A stretch of DNA of 64,000 nucleotides from an uncultured Chloroflexia bacterium (GTDB lineage: Bacteria > Chloroflexota > Limnocylindria > Limnocylindrales > CSP1-4). The stretch is taken from the NCBI GenBank assembly GCA_963734535.1, contig CAVTHS010000010.1, positions 128,001-192,000 of the forward strand, written 5' to 3'. The notes beneath the pieces are model-generated. The model searched no databases, was not told where the DNA came from, and was given only the letters and a program-made list of their open reading frames with translations. Below are positions 1 through 13,166 of the stretch, piece after piece; the first letter of the stretch is position 1; each line of letters opens with the position of its first letter. Made by a program: the position numbers and the translations under genes.

Positions 1-268
1 GGCGGGCGACGAGCGGCGTCGGCTCCTTCATCACGGCCAGCGTCATGACGTTCGGCGGACACTCCCGGATGCAGATCGAGCAGCCGATGCACTCGCCGAC
101 CTGGACGGGGTGCTCCATCATCCACGGGAGCGGCCTGCCGCCCTCGCTGCCAGCCTCGATGCCCGCCGCGGCCGGGCGGCTCATGTCGAGCGCTTCGACC
201 GGGCAGACGTCCATGCAGACGCCGCAGTTGATGCAATTCCCGTGATCGATGTCGATGCGATAGCCCAT
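1..268 (-). CDS. 4Fe-4S dicluster (ferredoxin-like) protein or N-terminal domain of an oxidoreductase; runs off the window start
   Basis: Not in the ORF track. Manual translation from ATG 268 gives MGYRIDIDHGNCINCGVCMDVCPVEAL...GECIGCSICIRECPPNV, with two CxxCxxCxxxCP motifs and a GGGAGG RBS upstream. Confidence 0.85.
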   Translation of the reverse strand, partial: MGYRIDIDHGNCINCGVCMDVCPVEALDMSRPAAAGIEAGSEGGRPLPWMMEHPVQVGECIGCSICIRECPPNVMTLAVMKEPTPLVAR

Positions 269-464
269 GGCATGCCTCCCTGCGGATCCCGCCGGTTGAG
301 CATGCGGCTGGGCCGGCGGGAGCGCCACGTTCGGTCGAGCGGGAGGAGCACCCATCCGACCGGGTGGGATGCGGGGGCCATTCGGCCCGCCTTGGGGCAG
401 GCCATCTGGCACCCCGGACCCGGACGACGTCGGCGCGTTGCAGGTCCCCGGGGCCCCGGCGCGC

Positions 465-527
465 GCCCGCCGGCCAGGGTCCGGTCGCGCGGGGGCCCGC
501 CGGCCAGGCTCCGCTCGCGCGGGGGCC
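465..527. repeat. 30-bp imperfect tandem duplication (2 copies)
   Basis: gcccgccggccagggtccggtcgcgcgggg followed by gcccgccggccaggctccgctcgcgcgggg. Confidence 0.75.
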
Positions 528-549
528 GGTCAGCCGCCCGCGGATCAGC

Positions 550-1212
550 TCATCGGTCGGGGACGAGGCCCTCACGAACCGCACGGGCGGCGACCTCGGT
601 GCGGCTGCCCGCGTGGAGCTTCTCCAGGATGTTGCGGAGGTGGAACTTGGTGGTGTTCTCGGAGATCCCCAGCTCCGCGGCGATCTCCTTGTTCCGCAGC
701 CCGGCGACAACAAGCCGGAGCACCTCGACCTCGCGCTCGGTCAGGCGATCGGGCTCCGGCGCGACTCCCCCACTCCCGGCTCCCGCGGTCCGGGTGGTCG
801 GGCGGGCGACCTCGGTGAGGATCCGCGCCGCGGTCACCGGCGAGATGGCCACCTCGCCACGCTCGACCGCCTCGAGCATCGCCCGAAGCTGGGGGGCCTC
901 GAGGTCCTTGAGGAGGTAGCCGCGGGCGCCGGCCTTGATCGCGGTGAAGAGGTCATCCTCGTCCTCGCTCGCGGTGAGCATCACGATCGGAATCTCCGGG
1001 TGGTTCGCGGCGAGGCGAACCGTGGCGTCGATGCCTCCGCCGCCCGGCATCCGGACATCCATCAGGACGAGGTCGGGAGCGAGCTGCCCGGCGAGCTCCA
1101 CCGCCTCATCGCCGTCCGCGGCGAAACCGACGACCTCGTGGCCCCACGCGGCGAGGAGCGAGGCGACTCCGTCGCGGAAGAGCGCGTGGTCGTCGGCCAG
1201 CAGGACGCGCAT
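550..1212 (-). CDS. NarL/LuxR-family response regulator
   Basis: REC domain (RVLLADDH, LVLMDVRMP, GYLLKD) plus LuxR HTH (LTEREVEVLRLV...NKEIAAELGISENT). Confidence 0.95.
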   Translation of the reverse strand: MRVLLADDHALFRDGVASLLAAWGHEVVGFAADGDEAVELAGQLAPDLVLMDVRMPGGGGIDATVRLAANHPEIPIVMLTASEDEDDLFTAIKAGARGYLLKDLEAPQLRAMLEAVERGEVAISPVTAARILTEVARPTTRTAGAGSGGVAPEPDRLTEREVEVLRLVVAGLRNKEIAAELGISENTTKFHLRNILEKLHAGSRTEVAARAVREGLVPDR

Positions 1213-2735
1213 CAGGCCGTGATCGGCGCCGGCCCGGACGTCGGCCCGGACGATTCGCGTGCCACCTCGGGCGCCTGCTCGGGCGTGAGGTCGACGGCCG
1301 CGGCCAGGGCGGGCTCGGGGGCCGCGCGCGCCGCCGCCCCCGGCGTCGCCTCCTGGGCGGGCAGGCGCGCCACCGTCGGCCCTGGCTCTGGCGGCAACAC
1401 CCCGGGGGCCTCGACGATCGGGCGAAACGGTGCCGCGAGCCGCACGACCGCGCCGCCATCCGGGGAATTCTCAAGGTCGAGGATCCCGCCGATACCGGCG
1501 GCCCGTTCGGTCATGGAACGGAGTCCGTAGTGTGGGCGGCCGTCCCCGGCCGCGCCGGCCGTGAAGCCGCGGCCGTCGTCGCGGATCACGACGATCAGGT
1601 GATCCGCCTCGGAGCGAATGTCGATGGTGACGCGTCGCGCGCCCGCGTGCTTGCGCACGTTGGTGAGCGCCTCCGCGACGATCCGGAATGCCTGCGTCTC
1701 GACGTCCGGCTCGAGCCGCGCTGCCTCGACCTCCGGGGCCGCGTGGACGCGTATGGCGAGCTTCGCCGACTCCGCAACACCCGCGGCGTGCACCCGGATC
1801 GCGGCCACCAGCCCGGACGCCGGCCCGATCGGGCTGCGCAGGCCGAGGATCGTCTCGCGGACGTCGACGTAGACGGATCGCGCCGCCGCCGAGAGCTCGC
1901 CGAGCTGGGCGCGCGCTTCGTCGACGCGGCCCACGGCAAGGAATCCGTCGACGGCCTGCGACTTCGTGTTGACGTAGCCGAGCACCTGCGAAAGCCCGTC
2001 ATGGAGCTCGCGCGCGATCCGCTCCCGCTCACCGACGACCGCAAGCTCCCGCAGCCGCGCCTCCAGCCGGGCGTTCTCCAGGGCGATCGTGGCCTGGTTG
2101 GCCAGCGACGACAGCGTCTCGACGGCATCCGCGTCGAAGCTGCGAGCCTCCGCCGCGCCGACGGCGAGCAGCCCGATCGTCGTCCCGCCGCGCTGGAGGG
2201 GGGCCGCCACGCGAGCGACCGCGGAAGCCGGCACGACGAAGCGGAGGATCTGGTCCGCGGCGGTCACCTCGGGCGCATCGGCGGGATCCGCGCCGGGGGC
2301 GGGGAGCGTCGCGACCAGCGCACCGGGGATGGCGCTCGCCGCGCGACGGGCGAGGCGTCCGTCGGGACCGGCCAGGAGGAGCACGACGGCGTCCACCCCG
2401 AGAAGCTCGCGGGTGTGGGTCACGATGGCATCGAGCACGCGCTCGACATCGGTCAGGGAGGCGAGCGCGACGCTCACGCGGTGCAGGGCGCGGGCGGACG
2501 TCTCGCGGGCTTCGAGCTCCTGGTTGCGGCGGCGGAGGGTGCCGGTGAGCGTGTCGATCCTGCCGAATGCGAGCGCGCCGAAGATCCCGCCGAGCACCAG
2601 CGTGACGGCCACCACGACGAGCGTGTCGACCGGGAAGGCGAACGCCTCGTCGAGGAGCTTGTCGCTGACGATCTCGATGGCGCCCACGACGAGCGCGGGC
2701 ACGAGGACGAGGAGCCAACGGGCTCGATTGTTCAC
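1212..2735 (-). CDS. Membrane sensor histidine kinase (2 TM, GAF, HisKA_3, HATPase)
   Basis: ERERIARELHD H-box, EALTNVRKH N-box, DDGRGF, GLRSM; its stop overlaps the regulator start. Confidence 0.93.
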   Translation of the reverse strand: MNNRARWLLVLVPALVVGAIEIVSDKLLDEAFAFPVDTLVVVAVTLVLGGIFGALAFGRIDTLTGTLRRRNQELEARETSARALHRVSVALASLTDVERVLDAIVTHTRELLGVDAVVLLLAGPDGRLARRAASAIPGALVATLPAPGADPADAPEVTAADQILRFVVPASAVARVAAPLQRGGTTIGLLAVGAAEARSFDADAVETLSSLANQATIALENARLEARLRELAVVGERERIARELHDGLSQVLGYVNTKSQAVDGFLAVGRVDEARAQLGELSAAARSVYVDVRETILGLRSPIGPASGLVAAIRVHAAGVAESAKLAIRVHAAPEVEAARLEPDVETQAFRIVAEALTNVRKHAGARRVTIDIRSEADHLIVVIRDDGRGFTAGAAGDGRPHYGLRSMTERAAGIGGILDLENSPDGGAVVRLAAPFRPIVEAPGVLPPEPGPTVARLPAQEATPGAAARAAPEPALAAAVDLTPEQAPEVARESSGPTSGPAPITA

Positions 2736-2828
2736 GCGGACCTCGAAGCCGACCCACCGGCGGAGCCCGGACGGTCGGCGGAAGCATACGCCCGGGTCGC
2801 CGAGCGTCCGGCGGGAAGCGAGCCCGCG

Positions 2829-3182
2829 TCAGTCGCGGGGTCCTGCCGCCTCGTGACGGAGGAGGACGCGAGCCAGGTCGTCGATCGCGTCCCGGAACGC
2901 GAGAACGAGATCGGCCGGAAGGACCTCCGCGACAGAATCCTTCGGTCCATACGCGGCGCGCGCCCGCCGCGCCACGGAACGGAGCTCGCCGGCGGGGGCG
3001 TCCCGCAGGCGATCGGGCAACGGTCCGAGGAAAGCGGCCCACCGCGCCGCGCCCGGTGAGCCCGCCGATTCCGCTGCCCGCGCCGCGTCCACGAGGCGGT
3101 CCGCGTGGCGCGCGGCCGCGAGCGCCGCCTCGTCGATCGCCGGGAGCTCGTGCCGTCCGGGGCGGGGTGGCTGGGCCGACAC
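2829..3182 (-). CDS. Hypothetical protein (~117 aa)
   Basis: Only the C-terminal part of ORF 2829..4385 looks protein-like (AARWAAFLGPLPDRL...AAYGPKDSVAEVLP); GTG lies 8 nt after the upstream stop. Confidence 0.6.
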   Translation of the reverse strand: MSAQPPRPGRHELPAIDEAALAAARHADRLVDAARAAESAGSPGAARWAAFLGPLPDRLRDAPAGELRSVARRARAAYGPKDSVAEVLPADLVLAFRDAIDDLARVLLRHEAAGPRD

Positions 3183-3190
3183 CGCGCCGG

Positions 3191-3610
3191 TCAGTTCAGC
3201 CCGGTCGGCTCGGCGATCCGCTCGACGACCAGCGAGATCCGCTTCCGCTCGGAGCCGTTGACGAGGACACGCAGCGAATGGTCGCCGGGTGCGTTGAACC
3301 CGAGGTTCCACAGGTCGATCGCGAACGTGACGACCGTGTCGCGCCCGTCCCGCGGCCCATGGGCGGCGATCAGGCCGTTCGCCCCGGCGATCTCGGACCC
3401 GTCGGGAGCCAGCAGCACGAAGCGGACGTCGTGTTCCGTGTCGAGCTCGGGCGAGGTGACCAGCAGCCCGACGACGAGCGCCAGGTGCGGGTGCCGGAAC
3501 GGGAACGACTGCGCTCCCAGCCTGGTCACACCGCCGCCGAGCACGTGGAACTTCTCGCCGGGGCGTGCATCGGCAGAGTCGGCAAGGAAGGCGAATTCGA
3601 TCTCGGGCAT
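3191..3610 (-). CDS. Conserved small beta-rich protein (DUF6941-like)
   Basis: MPEIEFAFLADSA...GEKFHVLGGG...FPFRHPHLALVV...FNAPGDHSLRVLVNG pattern. Confidence 0.75.
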   Translation of the reverse strand: MPEIEFAFLADSADARPGEKFHVLGGGVTRLGAQSFPFRHPHLALVVGLLVTSPELDTEHDVRFVLLAPDGSEIAGANGLIAAHGPRDGRDTVVTFAIDLWNLGFNAPGDHSLRVLVNGSERKRISLVVERIAEPTGLN

Positions 3611-3700
3611 GCCCGGATGGTACGTCCGCGGCGATCAGGCCGCCGGTCCGGACGGCTCCACCGGCGGCCCCATCGACAGCGGACCGATGCCGGCGGGCCG

Positions 3701-6718
<3,018 letters not shown>

Positions 6719-6727
6719 TGCCGGTGC

Positions 6728-6764
6728 AGTGTACCCGGTTCGGCAGCTACCGCACAGGTGTTCT
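6728..6764 (-). promoter_or_regulatory. uvrA promoter: -10 TACACT with a LexA (Cheo-type) box over the -35 region
   Basis: Minus strand AGAACACCTGTGCG (6751-6764), a 17-nt gap, TACACT (6728-6733), then 9 nt to ATG. Confidence 0.7.
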
Positions 6765-6830
6765 ATTCGATTCGCCGCGACTCGGCGCGGCTCCTGCCCA
6801 TCCTGCGCCCGCTTCAGCTCCTGGGCCGCA

Positions 6831-7673
6831 TCAGGTCCGGCGGGGCGGGCCGGCCTGCACGCGCCCGAGGAGCTGCTCGAACGAGCCGCGGAGCGGCGAC
6901 AGGCTCTCAAGCCACCACGTGGCGCCGGCGTCCTCGTACCTCGCGACCAGGTCGACCTCCCGCGGTTCCGAGAACGCGAAGAGCGCGACGTCCACCGGAT
7001 CATCCGCGCGACCGAGCGCGGCTCGCTCCCGGCGCAGCCGCTCCACCATCGCGCCGAAGGCGTCCGGATGCAGCTCCATGGTTGATCCGTCCTCCGAGAC
7101 CGCGATTGCGATCCAACCGTCCCACCGCGCGGCTCGGCGAATTGCGCCCGGGCGCATCCCGCCGAGCCAGATCGGCGGGCGAGGCTGCTGCACGGGTCGG
7201 GGTCCGACGGCGACGTCCTTCCCGCCGTCATCGCCAGCCGTCCATGCGAGGCGGCGCCCACGCAGGAGCGCATCGACGACATCCGCGGCCTCGTCCATCC
7301 TCCGGATGCGCTGGGGGGCCTCGAACGGCTCGCCGAACGCAGCGAAGTCTCCCGGATCGGCTCCGGCGCCGATGCCCAGCACGAGCCGCCCGCCGCTGAG
7401 GCGATCCAGCGTTCCCGCGGCCTGCGCCACCAGCTGCGGCCGGCGGCGGGGCAGGACGATGACCGACGTGATGAGCCGGAGCCGCTCCGTGGCCGCGGCG
7501 ACCGCGGCCAGCACGACGAACGGGTCCGCCGCCTCCGCGTCCATCGAGACGCCGAGGCTGTCCCACGTGCTCAGGCCGTCCCAGCCCGCCGCCTCGGCCG
7601 CCACGGCCAGCCGGAGGATCGCTCGCGGATCTGCCAGCTCGCCGAGCGGCGCAACATCGATCGCGTAGCGCAT
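6831..7673 (-). CDS. LLM-class flavin-dependent oxidoreductase (luciferase-like)
   Basis: [55 protein letters not shown]. Confidence 0.9.
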   Translation of the reverse strand: MRYAIDVAPLGELADPRAILRLAVAAEAAGWDGLSTWDSLGVSMDAEAADPFVVLAAVAAATERLRLITSVIVLPRRRPQLVAQAAGTLDRLSGGRLVLGIGAGADPGDFAAFGEPFEAPQRIRRMDEAADVVDALLRGRRLAWTAGDDGGKDVAVGPRPVQQPRPPIWLGGMRPGAIRRAARWDGWIAIAVSEDGSTMELHPDAFGAMVERLRRERAALGRADDPVDVALFAFSEPREVDLVARYEDAGATWWLESLSPLRGSFEQLLGRVQAGPPRRT

Positions 7674-7679
7674 GGGTCG

Positions 7680-10067
7680 TCAGCGCCGCGGCGACCGGCG
7701 GCCGGATCGCTTCCGGACGTTCGGCGTCACCGTGTGATCCCAGGTGGGGCGATCCAGCCAGCGAGCCTGCCACCCGCCGTCGTCCGTGTCGTCGTGCTCG
7801 TCGCGCAGGCCGGGCAGCCAATCCGACGCCGTGCCCTCCTCCGTGCCGGGCTCCTCGCCGGCCTCGACGACGCGGACGGCCGTCACCTCGAGGCCGCGGT
7901 CGTCCCCCGCGGTCTCCGGGCGGCCGGAGCCGCGACGCGATCCGGGGCGGCCCGACCGGCCCGCCCGGCTCCCCGGCGTGGAGGCACCTGACCCCGACGA
8001 TCCCGCGCGCCCGGATGATGCCGCCGGCTCTGTGCCGGCCCGCTCCGCTGCCCGCCCAACGCTGATCGAGGCGTCCTCGGTGAGGACGCGCAGACGGATC
8101 TCCTGGACCTGGTCCCGGATCGTCGCGGCCCGCTCGAACTCGAGGTTCTTGGCGGCATTCCGCATCTCGGCCTCCAGGCGTCCCACGAGCTCCTCGACCT
8201 GGCGACGCGTCCTGCCCTCGAGGTCGTGCCCGCGGCCGCCGGCCTCGTACTCGCCGCTCGACTCGGCCGCGACCCGGAGCCGGTCGTTGAGGTCGTGGAT
8301 CTCGCGGACGATCGTGATCGGCGTGATGCCGTGCTCGAGGTTGTAGCGCTGCTGCACGGCGCGCCGCCGGTCCGTCTCCTCGATCGCGGCGCGCATCGAC
8401 TCGGTGACGCGGTCCGCGTACATCACGACCTCGCCGCCGGTGTTGCGGGCGGCCCGGCCGATCATCTGGATCAGCGACCAGGCGCTTCGCAGGAAGCCCT
8501 CCTTGTCGGCGTCGAGGATTGCCACGAGCGTGACCTCCGGGAGGTCGATCCCTTCGCGGAGCAGGTTGATCCCGACGATCACGTCGTGGACGCCCAGCCG
8601 CAGGTCGCGCAGGATCTGGATCCGGTCGAGCGTGTCGACCTCGCTGTGGAGGTACTGGACCTTGATCCCGAGCTCGCGCAGGTAATCAGTCAGGTCCTCC
8701 GCGAGACGCTTGGTGAGCGTGGTCACGATCGCCCGCTCGCCGCGCTCGACGCGCTCCCGGATCCGTTCAAGGAGGTCGTCGATCTGGCCCTCGCTCGGGC
8801 GGACGGTGATCCCCGGGTCGACGATGCCGGTGGGCCTGATCAGCTGCTCCACCACCCGCTGGCTCTTCTCCAGCTCATACGGGCCTGGAGTCGCCGAGAC
8901 GTAGATCGCCTGGCGAACGGTCGCCTCCAGCTCCTCGAAGGTGAGGGGCCGGTTGTCGAGCGCCGACGGCAGACGGAAGCCGAAGTCGACGAGGATCTCC
9001 TTGCGCGTCCGATCGTTCTTGTACATGCCGACGGACTGCGGGATCGACATGTGAGATTCGTCGACGACGAGCAGCCAGTCCGGGGGAAAGTAGTCGAGCA
9101 GCGTCCAGGGCCGGCTTCCCGGCTCGCGCGCCGAGAGGTGGCGCGAGTAATTCTCGATGCCGGTGCAGTAGCCAAGCTCGCGCATCATCTCGAGGTCGAA
9201 TGTCGTGCGCTGGCGAAGCCGCGCGGCCTCGAGCGCACGACCCTCGGCTTCGAGACCGGCGAGTCGCTCCTCGAGCTCCGCGGCGATCGTCCCCATCGCA
9301 TGCTGGAGCTTGTCGGCCGGCGTCACGTAGTGGGTCGCGGGATACACGTTGAGCTCGGCGCGCTCGGCGATCAGCTCGCCGGTCAGCGGGTCCAGCTCCG
9401 TGATCCGCTCGATCTCGTCCCCGAAGAACTCGAGCCGCATGAGGCGGTCCTCGGACGACGGGATGAGCTCCAGGGTGTCCCCGCGGACGCGGAAACGGGA
9501 GCGCTGGAGGGCCTGGTCGTTGCGCTGGTACTGGAGGTCCACGAGGTGGCGCAGGACGGCGTCGCGCCGGTACTGGCCGCCCGTCCGCAGGCGCAGGACG
9601 GTCGCGCCGTAGTCGACCGGCGCTCCCAGGCCGTAGATGCAGCTGACCGACGCGACGATGATCACGTCCCTGCGCTCGAACAACGCCTTCGTCGCGGCGT
9701 GGCGAAGCTTGTCGATCTCCTCGTTCCGGCTCGAGTCTTTCTCGATGTACGTGTCCGAACGCGGCAGGTACGCCTCGGGCTGGTAGTAGTCGAAGTAGCT
9801 CACGAAGTACTCGACCGCGTTGTTCGGGAAGAAGTCGCGGAACTCGCTGTAGAGCTGCGCGGCCAGGGTCTTGTTGTGGGCAAGCACGAGCGTCGGCCGC
9901 TTGTGCTGGGCGATCACGCTCGCGATCGTGAACGTCTTGCCGCTTCCGGTGGCTCCAAGCAGGGTCTGGTGGCGCAGCCCGTGCGACAGGCCGTCCGCGA
10001 GCTTCTCGATCGCCTGCGGCTGGTCCCCGGTCGGCTGAAACGGCGCGACGAGCTCGAACTCCGGCAT
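7680..10067 (-). CDS. uvrB: Excinuclease ABC subunit B with a C-terminal extension
   Basis: [30 protein letters not shown] beta-hairpin, DESH, and UVR coiled coil (FERAATIRD). Confidence 0.98.
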   Translation of the reverse strand: MPEFELVAPFQPTGDQPQAIEKLADGLSHGLRHQTLLGATGSGKTFTIASVIAQHKRPTLVLAHNKTLAAQLYSEFRDFFPNNAVEYFVSYFDYYQPEAYLPRSDTYIEKDSSRNEEIDKLRHAATKALFERRDVIIVASVSCIYGLGAPVDYGATVLRLRTGGQYRRDAVLRHLVDLQYQRNDQALQRSRFRVRGDTLELIPSSEDRLMRLEFFGDEIERITELDPLTGELIAERAELNVYPATHYVTPADKLQHAMGTIAAELEERLAGLEAEGRALEAARLRQRTTFDLEMMRELGYCTGIENYSRHLSAREPGSRPWTLLDYFPPDWLLVVDESHMSIPQSVGMYKNDRTRKEILVDFGFRLPSALDNRPLTFEELEATVRQAIYVSATPGPYELEKSQRVVEQLIRPTGIVDPGITVRPSEGQIDDLLERIRERVERGERAIVTTLTKRLAEDLTDYLRELGIKVQYLHSEVDTLDRIQILRDLRLGVHDVIVGINLLREGIDLPEVTLVAILDADKEGFLRSAWSLIQMIGRAARNTGGEVVMYADRVTESMRAAIEETDRRRAVQQRYNLEHGITPITIVREIHDLNDRLRVAAESSGEYEAGGRGHDLEGRTRRQVEELVGRLEAEMRNAAKNLEFERAATIRDQVQEIRLRVLTEDASISVGRAAERAGTEPAASSGRAGSSGSGASTPGSRAGRSGRPGSRRGSGRPETAGDDRGLEVTAVRVVEAGEEPGTEEGTASDWLPGLRDEHDDTDDGGWQARWLDRPTWDHTVTPNVRKRSGRRSPRR

Positions 10068-10073
10068 TCCGAA

Positions 10074-10110
10074 ACCATACACGAGTCCTCGGCTTTAGCA
10101 CAGCCGTTCG
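10074..10110 (-). promoter_or_regulatory. uvrB promoter: -10 TATGGT with a LexA (Cheo-type) box over the -35 region
   Basis: Minus strand CGAACGGCTGTGCT (10097-10110), a 17-nt gap, TATGGT (10074-10079), then 6 nt to ATG. Confidence 0.7.
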
Positions 10111-10292
10111 ATCGCTCGACGGCCTCACGCTGCTCCCGGGCTGCGGCCTCGGGGAGCTCGGGGCCGGGAGAGTACTAACGCGCACGGTCCAGGGGACCAA
10201 TCGGCGGTTTGATGATCTCGGGCCCGAGCGGATACTCGCAGCGGGCCGTCCATCGGGCGGGTTCCCACGCGCCGAATCCGTCTGGAGAGTTG

Positions 10293-10868
10293 ATGCGAAC
10301 GCTGCGCCACGGCATCCGGGCCGCGACGCGGAACGGCGGTTCCGCCGACGGAGGCCAGGGCCTGGTGGAGTTCGCCCTCGTCATCCCGATCTTCGTGGCG
10401 CTGCTCATGGGGGTCATCGAGTTCGGGTTCCTGTACAACAACCTGCTCACCGTCCAGTACGCCGCTCGCCAGGGCGTCAGCGCGGCCGCCCAGGCCGGCG
10501 GGGTCGACGGTGCCGACTGCTCGATCCTGAACGCCGTGGAGCACGCGCTGACGCCGCCGATCAACCACCAGCGGGTGGAGTTCGTGGACATCTTCCAGTC
10601 GGATGCGGCGGGCGACATCGTCCCGGGAGTCGTCAACCACTATGTCCGCTCAGGCACCCTGGACTGTCCCGGCACCGGCACGCAGCCCTATACCCTGATC
10701 GGGCCGGAGGGTTATCCGCAGGTCGGGCGGCGTGATGCGCTGGTCGAAGGGCTCGACGTGATCGGGGTCCGTGTCGGCTACCAGTACGTCGGGATGACGC
10801 CGGTCGCCTTCGGTCGCACCTGGGACCTGGCCGACGGAGCCACGCTGCGCATGGAGCCGAAGCAGTGA
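10293..10868 (+). CDS. TadE-family pseudopilin
   Basis: GQGLVEFALVIP prepilin-like motif, hydrophobic helix, AARQG. Confidence 0.9.
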   Translation: MRTLRHGIRAATRNGGSADGGQGLVEFALVIPIFVALLMGVIEFGFLYNNLLTVQYAARQGVSAAAQAGGVDGADCSILNAVEHALTPPINHQRVEFVDIFQSDAAGDIVPGVVNHYVRSGTLDCPGTGTQPYTLIGPEGYPQVGRRDALVEGLDVIGVRVGYQYVGMTPVAFGRTWDLADGATLRMEPKQ

Positions 10869-11428
10869 CACGGCGACAGCGGCGCGGCGGCCGGGGCCAG
10901 GCGATGGTCGAGTTCGCGCTCATCCTGCCGCTCTTCCTGATCATCCTCATGGGGATGCTCGAGTTCGGGATCGTCTTCGACCACCGCAACGCGATGTCGT
11001 ACGCGGTCCGAGAAGGCGCGCGCGTCGGTGCCAGCCTGGGCAATGGCGGGTCGCAGCCGTCGGGGGTCGATCCGGCGATCCTGGCTGCCGTTCAACGTGG
11101 CCTGACCGACCCGATCCTCATCGAGAACATCAGGTCGATCGAGATCTTCCAGGCGGACACGTCGGGCCAGCCGATCGCGGGCAAGATCGACACGTTCGAC
11201 CGCGCCGGCAACCCGGTCGGCACCGCAGGCTGGCCGGCGACGAGCCGCGTGCCTCCCGGCCTCGTGCAGGGTGCCGCTGGCGACTCGATCGGTGTGCGCG
11301 TCGTCTACGACTTCCGGCCGCAGACCCCACTCGGCACCCTCCTCGGGCTCTTCATCAACGGCAATCCGCCCTACACGACGATCCCCATGACGGACAAGGC
11401 CGTTACCCGGCTGGAACCGGCGCCATGA
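10865..11428 (+). CDS. TadE-family pseudopilin
   Basis: GQAMVEFALILP...AVREGARVG; GTGA overlap with the previous gene. Confidence 0.9.
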   Translation: MTRRQRRGGRGQAMVEFALILPLFLIILMGMLEFGIVFDHRNAMSYAVREGARVGASLGNGGSQPSGVDPAILAAVQRGLTDPILIENIRSIEIFQADTSGQPIAGKIDTFDRAGNPVGTAGWPATSRVPPGLVQGAAGDSIGVRVVYDFRPQTPLGTLLGLFINGNPPYTTIPMTDKAVTRLEPAP

Positions 11429-12990
11429 GCGCGCCTCGCCCCGGCCTCATCGCCAGCATCACGGTCCCTTCCAGCACCGCCGACCAGGATCGTCGGCGGG
11501 CGCGCGGCCAGGTGCTCGTCATCTTCGTGTTCGCGCTCGGCGCCCTGTTCGCCATCCTCGCCATGGTGATCGACGTCGGCAACATCTGGAGCAACTCCCT
11601 GCACGTCCAGCAGGCGGCCGAAGCGGCCGCCATGGCCGGCGTGCCGTCGATGCCGGGCGACTTTCCGACGGCGTCGGCCAAGGCAACCGCGGAGGCCCAG
11701 CGGAATGGCTTCTCCGCAGCGGCGGGGGCGACCGTCAGCCCCGCGATCAACATCGAGTCGAACCGTCGCCTCGACGTGACGATCACCCGCTCCTACGGGA
11801 CCTTCTTCATGCGCCTTCTCGGAATCAACACGGTCACCATCTCGCGCACCGCCACCGCCGAGTACACGCTCCCGGTGCCGATGGGCAGCCCGCTCAGCTC
11901 CTACGGCGACAACTCCGGCAACTTCTGGGCGGCGGCCATGAGCCAGGGATCGAACCGCGGCTACGGCGACCCCTATGGCACGTACTACAACCCGAGCCCG
12001 ACCCTGAACAACCAGTACGACTACCGGGGCTACCAGTACACGATCGACGTGCCGGTAGGTGCGGGTGCCACGAACGTCGACCTCTACGATCCGACGTTCT
12101 GCGCAGTGAACGCCAACAAGGGGACGGGCGATCACTGGATCGCCGGGCCCACGACGGGTATGTCGACCTACTACATGCTCTGGTCCGACCCCGCCGCGAC
12201 GCCGCTCGACTACACGGACGACGTGCAGGTCGCCTCGAGCGGGACGCTCTTCGAGAACGAACGCCAGGCGGACAAGAACCCCGGCCCGCCCGACATCCGG
12301 GACACGGGAATCTCGGGCTATGCGTCGATGCCTGACTGCCAGAGCGACCCGTACCACAACCGGTGGTGGACGCTCGCCAGCCTGACCTCGCCCGGCGCGT
12401 ATCGGCTCCAGGTCACGACGACCAACCCCCTGAACAGCAACGATCAGATCGGCGTGAGTGCCGAGAACATGTGGGGCCTCCGGGCCGTCTCGACCGATCC
12501 CACGCACCAGGCGCGCGTCTACGGGCTCGGCAAGATGGTGATCTATGCCAACGTCCCCAACGGCCAGGCAGGCTTCTACCTGGGCCGGATCGAGGCCGTC
12601 CATGCCGGCAAGACGATGGTGATCCAGCTCTTCGACCCCGGAGATGCCCAGGGCAACTCGAGCATCGAGATCCTCCAGCCGACGGCGTCCGACTACGTCC
12701 CTATCTCCTTCAACTACACCGCCGACTCCAACGCGGGAGGCTCGAAGAGCGGCACGACGACAAGCCTCAAGACGACGATCAACGGCACCACCCAGTACAA
12801 CAACTCGTGGGTCACGATCACGGTGCCGCTCCCGAAGACGTATGCGGCTCCTCTTCCTGCGACGGAAACCACCCCCGGCGTCCTCGGGGGCTGGTGGAAG
12901 ATCCGCTACACCTACTCATCGGCCACATCCGACACGACGACGTGGCAGGTCTCCATTCGCGGGAATCCGGTCCACCTCGTCCTGCCCTGA
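11425..12990 (+). CDS. TadG-like minor pilin / putative adhesin
   Basis: RGQVLVIFV...VIDVGNIW...QQAAEAAAMAG Tad N-terminus, followed by a large Thr/Tyr/Asn-rich extracellular region. Confidence 0.85.
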   Translation: MSAPRPGLIASITVPSSTADQDRRRARGQVLVIFVFALGALFAILAMVIDVGNIWSNSLHVQQAAEAAAMAGVPSMPGDFPTASAKATAEAQRNGFSAAAGATVSPAINIESNRRLDVTITRSYGTFFMRLLGINTVTISRTATAEYTLPVPMGSPLSSYGDNSGNFWAAAMSQGSNRGYGDPYGTYYNPSPTLNNQYDYRGYQYTIDVPVGAGATNVDLYDPTFCAVNANKGTGDHWIAGPTTGMSTYYMLWSDPAATPLDYTDDVQVASSGTLFENERQADKNPGPPDIRDTGISGYASMPDCQSDPYHNRWWTLASLTSPGAYRLQVTTTNPLNSNDQIGVSAENMWGLRAVSTDPTHQARVYGLGKMVIYANVPNGQAGFYLGRIEAVHAGKTMVIQLFDPGDAQGNSSIEILQPTASDYVPISFNYTADSNAGGSKSGTTTSLKTTINGTTQYNNSWVTITVPLPKTYAAPLPATETTPGVLGGWWKIRYTYSSATSDTTTWQVSIRGNPVHLVLP

Positions 12991-13166
12991 GGACGGCCCG
13001 CGCGCGCTCCGGACTCGCGCGGGGTCGCCTCCCGACGCCGATCGGATGACTGCCGAGGTACTTCGGGCGGATGGAGCCGGAGCCTCGTGCCCGCGACCAT
13101 TGTCCTCAGTCGCGGCGGTCGCGCCTTCTCAGGACGGCCGCATCGCGCTCGGAGGCCGCCCATAGC

